Below, in pieces: positions 1 through 10,904 of a DNA stretch of 34,256 nucleotides. Numbering within the stretch: the first letter of the stretch is position 1; each line of letters opens with the position of its first letter. The stretch comes from Octopus bimaculoides (lineage: Eukaryota), in the NCBI RefSeq assembly GCF_001194135.2, contig NC_068981.1:198463286-198497541 (forward strand), given 5' to 3'. The notes below the pieces were generated by a model. It had not been told where the DNA came from and ran no database searches. It saw only the letters and a list, made by a program, of their open reading frames with translations. A program made the translations under genes and the position numbers.

Positions 1-84
1 GCTTCTGCCTGGCCGGCTCCTGTCAAATCGTCCAACCCATGCTAGCATGGAAAGCGGACGTTAAACGATGATGATGATGATGAT
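1..84 (+). mobile_element. 3' terminus of RTE-type LINE (or SINE sharing its tail) ending in (GAT)n
   Basis: Motif TCCAACCCATGCTAGCATGGAAAGCGGACGTTAAAC followed by (GAT)n at 67-84. The same tail ends RT-bearing copies at 9958-10515, 11181-12345 and 19190-19976. Confidence 0.8.
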
Positions 85-1212
85 CAGATAAGGGATCAGG
101 GGACCCTGTCAAAGACTTTCTCCAAATCAACAAAAGCCAAGTAAAGAGGTTTACCTTTGGCTATGTATTTCTCCTGCAGTTACTTTACCAGGAATATAGC
201 ATCAGTGGTGCTTCTTCCTGGCACAAAACCGAACTGCATCTCATCTAGGCTAACTCTCTCCCTAATTAGTTGGGCTATGACCCTCTCTGTAACTTTCATC
301 ACCTGATCCAACAATTTGATACCCCTATAGTTATTTTTATCCAAGGTATCACCTTCACCTTTGTAGCAGTTGACTATGGTGCTGCTACACCAGTCAGTGG
401 GTACAACTCCTTTGTGAATCACCTGATTTATAATATGAGTGACTGGTCCATAAACTACACTACTAGATATTCTAAGCATCTCAGCAATGATTCCTGACGG
501 GCCGGAGGCTTTCTCTGTCTTCATATCCTTAATTGCTTTATCTACCAAGGTACTGCCGATTCAGGTAGCTGGTCCCTCAATTGGGCTGACTTTGGCAGAC
601 TCTCTTTCTCCCATTCATTCTCCACATTCAGCAGCCTTTCATAATGGCATTTCCCAGCCTCTTTCTTTGCAGAATCATTAAATGCAAGTGAACCATCAAC
701 CATACAAACATATTTCTCTCCTATCACATCACAATTTTCTCTCGCACACTGTTCTTTGGTCCTTGCATCACTAAACATAAGCAAACTTCCTCTTTTCTGC
801 TTCTCCCCTGGCTATATACACCTGTCTCCTAGCTTCCCTTCTGGCGATCTGATACAGCTCCCTGCTAACCCCCCCCCCACTCTTCCAGGCCTGTTTCTTT
901 GCTCTAATAGCCCTGTCTACAGTATTGTTCCACCACCACATTATCCTAGCTCTGGTTGGGACTTTGCACCACCCACAGATCTGGTCTGTGGCACTCAGCA
1001 AGCTGTCCTGCAGGAATTCTCAGTTGCCTTCTATGTCACAATTTTGTGACTCCACCTTCCTCTCACCAAATTTCTCAATTAGGCTGTCCCCAAATTTCTA
1101 ACTATATCAAGTGTATTTAAGTTTCTGAAACCTTCTTTTCCAGATTGGTCTGCTTCTTGGCATCCTTCTGGCTTGGAGTCTGAAGTCACTAATAACTAGT
1201 CTATGCTGAGGG
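85..1212 (-). mobile_element. Decayed RTE LINE ORF2: post-endonuclease linker and RT N-terminal part
   Basis: ORF 180-548 has KASGPSGIIAEML, W..STIVNCYKGEGD..DKNNYRGIKLL and QFGFVPGRSTTDAIF, continuing to LYLAFVDLEKVFDRVP. 1140-1212 translates CTPQHRLVISDFRLQARR with a frameshift. Multiple stops and frameshifts. Confidence 0.9.
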
Positions 1213-1213
1213 T

Positions 1214-2581
1214 ACATTGTGCCCAGATTGGCTAATTTGGGGGAAAAAAATCATATCTCGGGTTAAAATAATCACTTGAGAGTGGTTGAGGGCTTGTTTA
1301 AACCACAATTTTAAGGGCTATCAGCTGGAACCAAGATTTTTTTTTTTTTGTTTATGGGGATTTGGGTTCAAATAACGAAATCAGGGCATATCAACCAAAA
1401 TCGCCTTTTTGGTGTATCAAGATTAAAAATGATTATCTGCAAGATCTCGCCAGCTTTCAATCAAAGATAACATCCATAACATCTTCAGAAGAATGTCCAT
1501 GATGTTGCATCCAGCAATTGCTTCGAAACATCCCAGCTCAAGTTTTTCTGCTTGTGGTGAAGTTGGTCACACAGCTTCTTCTTCAAAACATAAGAAGGTG
1601 TCTGCTTTGACAAAAGAACAATCAAGAATCAAATCCCTATATTACTGACTGGTTTGCCATTGTTGTTTCAATATTTGTGGTGAATAATAAGGGATCAGTT
1701 TTCGCAATTTAGTGTAGATGATTCTGATTTTCTTTGTGAATCATAGGGGGGTAGACTATGGTAAAGTTTCAATCCAGGGATTTGTTGAGAATATTTTCAT
1801 TTTGTTATCTCGTGTTTTGGCCCTTCTTCAATTTCAGTGTAAGCAAAGCAAAATCCTCCAAGCTAGAATCTGATCTTCCTAATCAGATTTTGACCCCATA
1901 AAATAGGTTAAATACTAAAAAAAGTGCATTTAAGATCAATTATTTCAAGAAAGTTATTAGGTTTTGAGTCCATTTCATGTTTCCTGTTTTTATACTTGTT
2001 TAATCATGTTGGGGGTCAATAATTACCAATTTTACCCAATTTTGGTTGGTTTTGATGTTTGGTACCCAAATTGGAATTATACTTTCTGTATGGCCTCTTA
2101 ACTCCTTTGAACTGATTTTTTTCCATAGTTTACGTATAAATGTTAAGGATGTCAAATATATTAGCCCTTAATATGTCAAAATTTGTCCTTTTTATAAAAA
2201 TTATCAAATTTGAGGGGGTTTTACCAAAAATTTGGATATTTTTCATGCATCCCCTATTTTCTCAAATTTATGTTGGCCTATGCACTCTAGGCTGCGGCTT
2301 GACTGAAAGACAAAAAAATGCTTCTAAATAAGTTCGAACAGAGGTTAAAAATCTTTTTTGTGAAAGAAAATATGTTTGATCTTACAATACTNNNNNNNNN
2401 NAAAACGTAAATTTCATTAAATTGGCTGACTTTAAAGAGCTAGAAAAATTGAACCAGACGTTATTTTAAACTCAGGTTTTTTGCTTTGTAATCTCTTGAG
2501 TTTAGATAACCAGAAAATATGCATTTTAAACATCTGGGGAAAACTTCCAAAAATGATAAATTCCCACTCTGGGCACAATGT
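1214..2581. mobile_element. Non-autonomous TIR DNA element (superfamily unassigned) inserted in RTE ORF2
   Basis: Perfect 14-bp inverted termini ACATTGTGCCCAGA (1214-1227) / TCTGGGCACAATGT (2568-2581). RTE protein homology stops and resumes at these ends. Interior is AT-rich with a 10-N gap. Confidence 0.75.
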
Positions 2582-3060
2582 TCAGGGAGGGTCTTTGTAT
2601 TTAAGAGCAACCATACATTCCGCTGCCTGGTGAGAATGTAACCGATCTGGTTTGCATAACCACCTGATTGGTAGGTTATCAGGTAGCTGGCTGGCTTCTT
2701 GAAGTTGGTGTTGCAGATCAATAGATTATTTGCATCACAGTAGCCTTGTTCCCTCTTCTTTTCGAGATTCCATGGCCCCCATGTACACCATGGGAAATAC
2801 TGGTCCGCTGTCCAACATGCCCACTGAAAGGGGAAATACCAGGCCGCCATCCGGCAGGGTTACATTATCCAATGTGTCCTTCCTTCAAGACAGTAGGATG
2901 CTATTTGAAAGAAGTGTTGGTACTTATTCTAGCATGTCAAGCAACAATGCAGAGTCTCCCTTTTTTGTGTAATGCCAGTACAACCTCACTCTATTGTCAA
3001 CATTTAAGCCTAACCCATTTCCTGCCCTTGGATGGCTGCACCACTCTTACTTTACAGCTA
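2582..3060 (-). mobile_element. Decayed RTE LINE apurinic-endonuclease domain (5' part of the element at 85-1212)
   Basis: Translations include FSGHVGQ..HGVHGGHG and CDANNLLICNTNFKKPASYLITYQSGGYANQIGYILTRQR..LLLNTKTLP, typical of the RTE EN C-terminal half. The upstream boundary is uncertain. Confidence 0.85.
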
Positions 3061-3689
3061 CAGATATTTCTTTACTTTAGTTTTAATCTGCTTCTGGTTC
3101 AGTTCTAGCTAGAGATCCTTCACAGAGTCTCTTGTTTATTCTTTGACAGTTACTTATTGCAGTTTGTTGTAATTAGTGATGCTGATGAGAGAGATGGTGT
3201 TATTGGAGTTTAATTCTGTACTTAATGGAAGGGGTTCTGCTGGCATTTATAAAGTTTGTTAATGTTATAATGATAGGCAGGTGCTCGGAGGCTAATTAGT
3301 GGATAGTTTACCATGCTAATGATTTGTAGGCACATGGTGGTATTTCGTTTTACAACCATAATATTATACTGTAAAGTATATTAAAGGCTTTTATGACTCA
3401 ACACCATGTTCTACTGTGTTAGCAGTGCTCTTTACATTACTTTGTCATGGTTATTTCTACAGAAATTGTAGCCAGCATTGATTTTTGCTACGTTTTGTAT
3501 CGAGATGGGTAATGAGTGCATATGCCATTACCCTTTGGGAGAAGGAGGGGGGTGTTGCCCTTCATCAGCACTCATCTAACCCATGTGGTTATGGAAGTTA
3601 GATACGTGCAGAGTATTTGTTCATAAGCTTGATCTGGATTGTTTAGGATATAAAGGGGGTTTAGTTATAATGCTGTTACGCCTGTTCTC

Positions 3690-3900
3690 ATGTTACCTGT
3701 TGTTCCAGTCCACTCAGCTGGCAAAAATGTATTTCAAAGGGGCCATCCTAGTCACATTCCGAGCCACACTGAATCTCCCAAAGAACTACATTAAGATTAC
3801 ATATATTTCTGCGGAGCACTCAGCCACTTGCGCATTAATTTCATGAACAAGCTGTGCAGATGAACAGGAACACTCGTTGTCATAACCGACTGAGCGCCAG
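3690..3900 (+). mobile_element. Probable 3' segment of a cephalopod tRNA-derived SINE
   Basis: Resembles a repeat segment I recall from octopus SINEs (...CTCAGCCACTTGC.C.TTAATTTCA.GA.CA.GCTGT...). No head is present; recognition only. Confidence 0.35.
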
Positions 3901-4024
3901 TTGCTTTTGTTCCATTTACTCTACAACAGGGCTCCTACCTCTGTCCCTCTCTACCTTTAACCTCTCATCAACTGGCACAATGCCACCCATGCCTCAATAC
4001 TACTCCCAGTTTTTAAGAGGAGCT

Positions 4025-4250
4025 TTTGTCTTGCAAGTTACTCAGTGACCCTGTCAGTGCTAGTACCACATAAAAAGCACCAGTGCTGGTACTTTGTCAA
4101 AAGAACCGATGCTGCATGAAATGCACCCAGTATACTCTGTAAAGTGGCTGGCATTTGGAAGGGAATCCAGCAATAGAAACCATGCCAGAGCAAACACTTA
4201 GAGCTGGTGCAACCCTCTGGCTTGCCACTCCTGTCAAACCATCCAACTCA
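4025..4250 (+). mobile_element. RTE-type 3' UTR/tail fragment
   Basis: AAAAGCACC..., GTGGCTGGCATTTGGAAGGGAATCCAGC and CTGTCAAACCATCCAAC match the tail module seen in other copies in this window. Confidence 0.7.
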
Positions 4251-4689
4251 TTTATAACACCCCTATCATCTCTACTTTTCATCCTTCTTATACTATAACT
4301 GTTTTATCATTTATACCATAGTCGTCAATGCTTTTATCTCTCATGCCTCTCACATCCATACCCCCATTCTCTCAATCACTCCTTCCTCTTCTCAATTTCA
4401 TTAGTAGGGACAGCAGTGGATCTCTGTTTGCCATTCATTTCTTCCAACGTAGCAAAATATGTCACTGGACCTATTTGAAACTCCAACACTCGTGTATGCT
4501 ATTCACTAACACAATGCACGTCTAATTCTCATTCTTCCTACCACCAACCTTATTACTCAATCTTCCTGATCTACATCAAAGCTTATTTTGGTCATAAATA
4601 CGTAGCACGAATGTCGAGCACCTCAATCACTCGTCTATCATAAATCACAATCATTCATGCCTCTCGCGCTGTAAAAGTCACCGATGTGT

Positions 4690-4894
4690 CCCCTCTCTGG
4701 CTGGTGCTACGAAAATAAGCACCCAAGGACATTCTGCAAAATGGTTGGTGTTAGGAAGGGCATCGAGTCGTAGAAACCAATCCAACAATGAAACGCGCGA
4801 GTGAAATGCGATCCTCTGATCCGTTTAGATAAGCAGGACTGATTGTAGCAACCCGTCCAACCCACGCAAGCATGGAAAGCGAACGTAAACCGAT
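4690..4894 (+). mobile_element. RTE-type 3' UTR/tail fragment (divergent subfamily)
   Basis: GGTTGGTGTTAGGAAGGGCATC ... CCGTCCAACCCACGCAAGCATGGAAAGCGAACGTAAACCGATG, then (TA)n. Confidence 0.7.
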
Positions 4895-4895
4895 G

Positions 4896-4936
<41 letters not shown>
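4895..4936. repeat. (TA)n microsatellite abutting an assembly gap
   Basis: Direct reading. Confidence 0.95.
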
Positions 4937-5683
4937 NNNNNNNNNNNNNNNNNNNNNNNNNNNNNNNNNNNNNNNNNNNNNNNNNNNNNNNNNNNNNNNN
5001 NNNNNNNNNNNNNNNNNNNNNNNNNNNNNNNNNNNNNNNNNNNNNNNNNNNNNNNNNNNNNNNNNNNNNNNNNNNNNNNNNNNNNNNNNNNNNNNNNNNN
5101 NNNNNNNNNNNNNNNNNNNNNNNNNNNNNNNNNNNNNNNNNNNNNNNNNNNNNNNNNNNNNNNNNNNNNNNNNNNNNNNNNNNNNNNNNNNNNNNNNNNN
5201 NNNNNNNNNNNNNNNNNNNNNNNNNNNNNNNNNNNNNNNNNNNNNNNNNNNNNNNNNNNNNNNNNNNNNNNNNNNNNNNNNNNNNNNNNNNNNNNNNNNN
5301 NNNNNNNNNNNNNNNNNNNNNNNNNNNNNNNNNNNNNNNNNNNNNNNNNNNNNNNNNNNNNNNNNNNNNNNNNNNNNNNNNNNNNNNNNNNNNNNNNNNN
5401 NNNNNNNNNNNNNNNNNNNNNNNNNNNNNNNNNNNNNNNNNNNNNNNNNNNNNNNNNNNNNNNNNNNNNNNNNNNNNNNNNNNNNNNNNNNNNNNNNNNN
5501 NNNNNNNNNNNNNNNNNNNNNNNNNNNNNNNNNNNNNNNNNNNNNNNNNNNNNNNNNNNNNNNNNNNNNNNNNNNNNNNNNNNNNNNNNNNNNNNNNNNN
5601 NNNNNNNNNNNNNNNNNNNNNNNNNNNNNNNNNNNNNNNNNNNNNNNNNNNNNNNNNNNNNNNNNNNNNNNNNNNNNNNNNNN
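4937..5683. other. Assembly gap (N run); further gaps at 2392-2401, 8112-8337, 10480-10497, 12477-12778, 13624-14148, 15556-15655, 29897-29996
   Basis: Runs of N. Several are flanked by microsatellites. Confidence 0.98.
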
Positions 5684-5730
5684 CCACAACACTCCACTCA
5701 GCGCCGCCGCCAATCAAAGCAAACAGTTTG

Positions 5731-5731
<1 letters not shown>

Positions 5732-5763
<32 letters not shown>
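5732..5763. repeat. (GT)n microsatellite
   Basis: Direct reading. Confidence 0.95.
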
Positions 5764-5764
<1 letters not shown>

Positions 5765-6002
5765 TTAATGAAATCACTAACCTGGAATAATACTCCGACA
5801 ATATTTATGGTTGTGTATGTATATATATATACACACAAGTAGACAGACAACACCAGTTGCTGGAAGGTTTGCTCAGTGTCTGTTTGTGAAGTAGAAAGAG
5901 GATAAAGAGGTTGAGCTTATTTACGTCTCCATCGCCAGTTATTGGTGAAGCCTCACAACTTGCATCGCTGACAATGAGTCCACCAGTGCGCATGCTCACT
6001 GC

Positions 6003-6932
6003 AACACCACTCGTACAATACAGCAAGGGAGACAACTACGGACCGAACACGGCCACACATGCAGCCGTTACACTTGCTAGAAATAACAGCCAAATATTTC
6101 ATAAATCACACATGACCATCTGTGTGTTTAGTATTTTTTGTTTAGCATACATTCTTCCTGTAACACCACTCATACAATACAGCAAGGGAGACAACAATGA
6201 ACCAAAGTCAGCTACACGTGCAGGCGTTACACTTGCTAGAAATAACAGTTAAATATTTCATAAATCACCCGGATCTTTCTGATTTGGCGGACACCATTTG
6301 TTTTCTACACACATTCTTCCTGCAATACCACTCATACAATACAGCAAGGGAGAAAGGCGGCGAGGTGGCAGAAACATTAGCACGCCGGGCGAAATGCTTA
6401 ACGGTATTTCGTCTGCCGTTACGTTCTGAGTTCAAATTCCGCCGAGGTCGACTTTGCCTTTCATCCTTTCGGGGTCGATTAAATAAGTACTAGTTACGCA
6501 CTGGGGTCGATATAATCGACTTAATCCCTTTGTCTGTCCTTGTTTGCCCCCTCTGTGTGTGTAGCCCCTTGTGGGCAGTAAAGAAATAAGAAACGTTAGC
6601 ACACCGGGCGAAATGCTTAGCGGTATTTCGTCTGACTTTACCATCTGAATTTCAAATTCCGCCGAGGTCGACTTCGCCTTTCATCCTTTCAGGGTCGATA
6701 AATTAAGTACCAGTTACGCACTGGGGTCGATCTAATCGACTGCCCCTCCTCACACCAAAAATTTAGGGCCGTGTACCCAGAGTAGAAAAGAATACAGCAA
6801 GGGAGACAACTACGAACCAAAGCCAGCCACACAAGCAGGCGTTACATTTGCTAGAAATAATAGCCAAATATTTCATATATCACCCCCTACCGTCTATGTG
6901 TTTAGTATTTTTTTAGCACACATTCTTCCTGT
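6003..6932 (+). repeat. Three-unit ~160-bp tandem array; third unit interrupted by a SINE dimer
   Basis: Units start at 6003, 6162 and 6324 and share AACACCACTC.TACAATACAGCAAGGGAGACAAC ... TTACACTTGCTAGAAATAACAG..AAATATTTCATAAATCAC ... CATTCTTCCTG. The third unit resumes at 6791. Confidence 0.9.
6354..6790 (+). mobile_element. Dimeric tRNA-derived SINE (family A) with 16-bp TSD
   Basis: A-box-like TGGCAGAA and B-box GAGTTCAAATTCC (6428-6440). A second 5'-truncated monomer starts at 6591. AATACAGCAAGGGAGA is duplicated at 6338-6353 and 6791-6806. Confidence 0.9.
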
Positions 6933-7150
6933 TAGTCAACGGCAAACGAAGACAACTTCCCTATCCTCCTAATATTCACCAAGTAGAACACCAGTGACAG
7001 CTGGAAAGCGAGAGAATTACACAAGTATCCAGTTGGAACACCTTTCATCTCAATAGACAGGAGAAACTTGAAATAAAGTTCCCCTTACTTGAGGGAAAGC
7101 ATCAAGTTGAGGAATTGTCGGCCCAGCAGCCAAATGAGACCATGCAACTT

Positions 7151-7171
7151 CACACACACACACACACACAC
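7151..7171. repeat. (CA)n microsatellite
   Basis: Direct reading. Confidence 0.95.
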
Positions 7172-7453
7172 GTGCTGAACTATTAAGAAAATTGCAGTTA
7201 CTTTATCCAGATTACAAGTTCAGGTTTATACCTGTAATTATTGGGGCCCTGGGATATGTAACACACTGCCTAAATACCAATCTTGAGAAATTAGGCTTCT
7301 CAAAACCAGAAAGGAGAAAGCTAATTTGAAGACTGCAAATCCATTCCATCACTGGAACTGTAAAAATCTATAAAACTTTCCACAAGTTTATCATTTAAAT
7401 ATATGAGCATGTCTAAATATGCAACTATATGCATGAGAATACATACATAAAAC
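7171..7453 (+). mobile_element. 3' end of RLE-type non-LTR retrotransposon ORF plus start of 3' UTR (UTR probably continues 9783-9955)
   Basis: RAELLRKLQLLYPDYKFRFIPVIIGALGYVTHCLNTNLEKLGFSKPERRKLI*RLQIHSITGTVKIYKTF. The FIPVIIGALG motif is typical of the RLE C-terminus (R2/R4/NeSL/CRE group); clade not resolved. Confidence 0.7.
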
Positions 7454-9774
7454 CAGAGGTGGACACTGTTAATCGAAAAGTTACCATCATTAATCATTAA
7501 TCCGTTAATCAAAAAGTTAACTCCGTTAATCATTAATCCATTAATTCTTTGAAAATGTAACGAAAGTTGATGTTAATCCGTTAACATTAGCTTTTATAGA
7601 AAAAAGGCATAACTACAGTTTAATACCCCCCACTGACTTTGTTGCCTCATAACTTCCAGAAAAATGGATACTTTTTAATGAAACTTTCACCAAATAATCG
7701 CTTATATCCTTTAGATTGAGTGTATGTAAAGATTTGGTGGAAAAAATTTTCAGAGACGTTGTGGAGAGGAGTTTTGGAAAATTCACAAGACCTGACATTT
7801 TTCCTCTTGACTTTCTGGAAAATAGGTATTTTTTAATGAAATTTTATACAAATACCTTTCAAACGGTGTAGATTATGATTACAAAGAAATTTGTAGGCAA
7901 AATTTTTGGAAAGGGGCAAGGTGGGGGAGTTTTGAGAAAATGGAGTTTCTGATCAGACAGTCCATGTAAGTTGGAATCTCTGTGTTTTGACGGGGATTTT
8001 TTCCAATGTTTTTCACAGAAAAAAACATTTTGAAAATTCACTTTTTTTTACTCCCACCAGCCCCTCACCACCGCAGTCTGAAACGATTTTTACCATTTTC
8101 TTTTCACTACGNNNNNNNNNNNNNNNNNNNNNNNNNNNNNNNNNNNNNNNNNNNNNNNNNNNNNNNNNNNNNNNNNNNNNNNNNNNNNNNNNNNNNNNNN
8201 NNNNNNNNNNNNNNNNNNNNNNNNNNNNNNNNNNNNNNNNNNNNNNNNNNNNNNNNNNNNNNNNNNNNNNNNNNNNNNNNNNNNNNNNNNNNNNNNNNNN
8301 NNNNNNNNNNNNNNNNNNNNNNNNNNNNNNNNNNNNNTATGGAATGATGATATCAAAGTAACACATGTGTAGTCCCAATCAAGCGAAGCTGTGTTATGTG
8401 TGTGTTTTTAAGAAAAAAAACACCTAAAAACATCTTTAGTGTTCATATTAATCCATCAAATGTAATGCTTATTTGTTCACATTATTTTGAATTATTCAGG
8501 TTCAATAGGGGTGTCCACAATATTTGCTTGTAACTTTGTAAATTTTTTTACTTACAAATTTGAAATTTTGTCAGTGGGTGCTTTATATACCACTGGTTTA
8601 TAGTTATATAATTTTAACTGATCTTACTGAGTAAATTTGACTTTTGTGGGCAGGTCAATTTAATTAAAAGGTACAAAAGCAATAAGATTATAGGTAAACA
8701 CTAAAATTGAAATTCTTAATACATCTTACCTGTTCGATTTCTTACTAAAATTATCTCAGATGGCAACTGACAAAAATTTTGCCACTTTTCAAAATGAGAT
8801 ACATTAATTTCAATTACTTGAAATACAGGTATAATCAGTATAAAATTTTATTCTGTTGGTAAATATTTCGTACTTTCATGTGAAATAATTTTTTTCCACA
8901 GTTTTTTTCAGGTGCATTCAATGTATCTGACCTCCAAACCTGCTTCTGGAAAAGAAAGGTGGGAGGAGTGGTAGAAACTTCGAAGTTTCCCACCAAGGGA
9001 GTTTTATTTTGCAGGCCTTTTTTCTTTTCCAGATAATCTTGTATGCTTTCAACAAATGTGACATTGAAATCATGCATAAACGGCTCCTTTTTCCAGAAAA
9101 GATTTGGCTGCTATTTCTAGCATGCCCTAATACCACATAACAGCTATTTCCATTCACACCAAAATATTTACCAACTATTTTCCTTCCATTTATTTTTTCC
9201 ACTTTATGGAGTCAATATATTCTCTGTTGATATTCACATCAGTTAATTTTGCTTTTCTCCCAGTTCTCTGCTTTCTAAAAGAAAACCCCCCACATTATCT
9301 CAAAGCTACGAGAATTTGCTACCGTGATTTGTTTATTTTCATAAAAGATTTTGTAGGGAAATTAGACACAATGGGTTTTGGCCTATTTAAAGACTAAAGG
9401 GTTAAAAGTGCCAAAACTATAAAATCAGCTTTTTGGGCCTTTTTGAGAGCTTTAAAACACAAAAACTATATGGGTTTTTTGGGGGGTTTTTTTTGCTTTA
9501 GAGTTAAAAAATGCTTATTTTATAATTTTAAATTTCAAAGGGCCTAAAAAATGCTGAAAGAATGACAGGTATAATATTAAATATGCTAAGACAATCTGAA
9601 AACAATAGAAACTTTTAAACATTTACTAGTTTTTATGAAATTTTATGAAAGTTAAATGTAACAGAATTTTATTAGTCCGATAATGATTTTCAAACTTGAA
9701 AGGTAAATTGTTGACGAAAATATTAACTTTGTTAATTAATGATTAACAAATTAATGGACAAACACCCAGCTCTG
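7454..9774. mobile_element. hAT-type DNA element, probably non-autonomous
   Basis: Termini CAGAGGTGG / CCAGCTCTG (8/9 inverted match). Perfect 8-bp TSD CATAAAAC at 7446-7453 and 9775-9782. Clustered TTAATC/GATTAA subterminal repeats at both ends. No clear transposase ORF. Confidence 0.85.
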
Positions 9775-9957
9775 CATAAAACAAAAACAGAACATGCAAA
9801 TCTGCACACATAGATACATAGATACATAGATACATCATGCACACAAAAATACCCTGTTGTTGATGATGAAATTCCAATGAAGGTTAGAAGGTTAGGAACC
9901 AGTTCTTTCTCTATTGGCAAGAAATCTTGAAATAAAAGTGAATAAATACATATATAT

Positions 9958-10514
9958 GTGTGAAAAAGCTGTGTGAAAAAGTGCCACACCCTAGCAGTTG
10001 AGGGAACCTGTGGAAGAGGTAGACCCAGGAAAACCTGGGATGTGGTAGAGAAGCATGACCTTCGAACATTAGGCCTCACCGAGGCAATGACTAGTGACCG
10101 AGACCTTTGGAAATAGGCAGTGCATGAGAAGACCCGGCAAGCCAAGTGAGACCATAATCTGAGGCCTCTGCCAGGAGTGTAGCCAGCCCACTTATGCATA
10201 CCTTTCCTTCATTGGACACTAAACTCTACTTGCGAAGACCTGCTGAGGCAAGTGAAATCGAAATTGAACCAAATTCGATGACTGGCACCCATGCTAATGT
10301 CGTCTCCTTCATTGGACACGAAACTCAGCTTGGGGCAAGTGAAAGCAAAATCGTGATTGAACCAAATTCGATGACTGGCACCTGTGCCAGTGGAGCGCTA
10401 AGAGCACCGTCCGAGCATGATTATTGCCAGTACCACCAGACTGGCCCTCGTGCCGGTGGCACGTAAAAGCACCCACTACNNNNNNNNNNNNNNNNNNGTT
10501 AAACAATGATGATG

Positions 10515-10515
<1 letters not shown>
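9958..10515 (+). mobile_element. 5'-truncated RTE LINE: ORF2 C-terminus, 3' UTR and (GAT)n tail
   Basis: KSCVKKCHTLAVEGTCGRGRPRKTWDVVEKHDLRTLGLTEAM...EKTRQAK*, then a UTR with an internal ~100-bp duplication (about 10205-10385) and GTTAAACAATGATGATGAT. Confidence 0.88.
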
Positions 10516-10552
<37 letters not shown>

Positions 10553-10620
10553 CACCACCTGTCCTCGTCTGTTGTTTTTTTTCGTAAATTCTACCATATA
10601 TATATATATATATATATATT
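10516..10620. repeat. Two (AT)n microsatellites
   Basis: Direct reading, about 10516-10550 and 10596-10619. Confidence 0.9.
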
Positions 10621-10681
10621 GAGAGAAAAGGTAAGACAACAAAAGAAAGAAAGACCTCAATATTATATGAATAGAGGAATT

Positions 10682-10893
10682 TATCTGTAAATCATGTGAC
10701 GATTATTCAGTAGCCATGATAAAACTCTAAGTTTTGGATGCCAAGGCGGAAACCCACGCCACCATCTCTTTAGCTATCTTGCCATCAATGGCCAGATAAC
10801 TGAAGAGATGCTGGCGTGGGTTTCCGCCCCAACATCTGAAACACAGAGTTTTATCATGGCTACTGAATAATTGTCAGATATTATTTACAGATA
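10682..10893. mobile_element. Foldback/palindromic MITE-like element
   Basis: About 100-bp inverted arms (e.g. ATTATTCAGTAGCCATGATAAAACTCT / AGAGTTTTATCATGGCTACTGAATAAT; GGCGGAAACCCACGCCA / TGGCGTGGGTTTCCGCC) around a 4-nt loop TCAA at 10785-10788. Confidence 0.85.
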
Positions 10894-10904
10894 TATAAAT
10901 AATG

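Noticed and set aside
4707-5801. Long ORFs in the supplied track (also around 8.0-8.4, 12.4-13.0, 13.4-14.3, 15.4-15.8 and 29.7-30.0 kb)
   Set aside because: Artefacts of N runs and microsatellites (poly-X, YIYI, THTH).
6003-6932. CRISPR-like repeat/spacer array
   Set aside because: Units are about 160 bp diverged tandem copies, the context is eukaryotic, and there are no cas genes.
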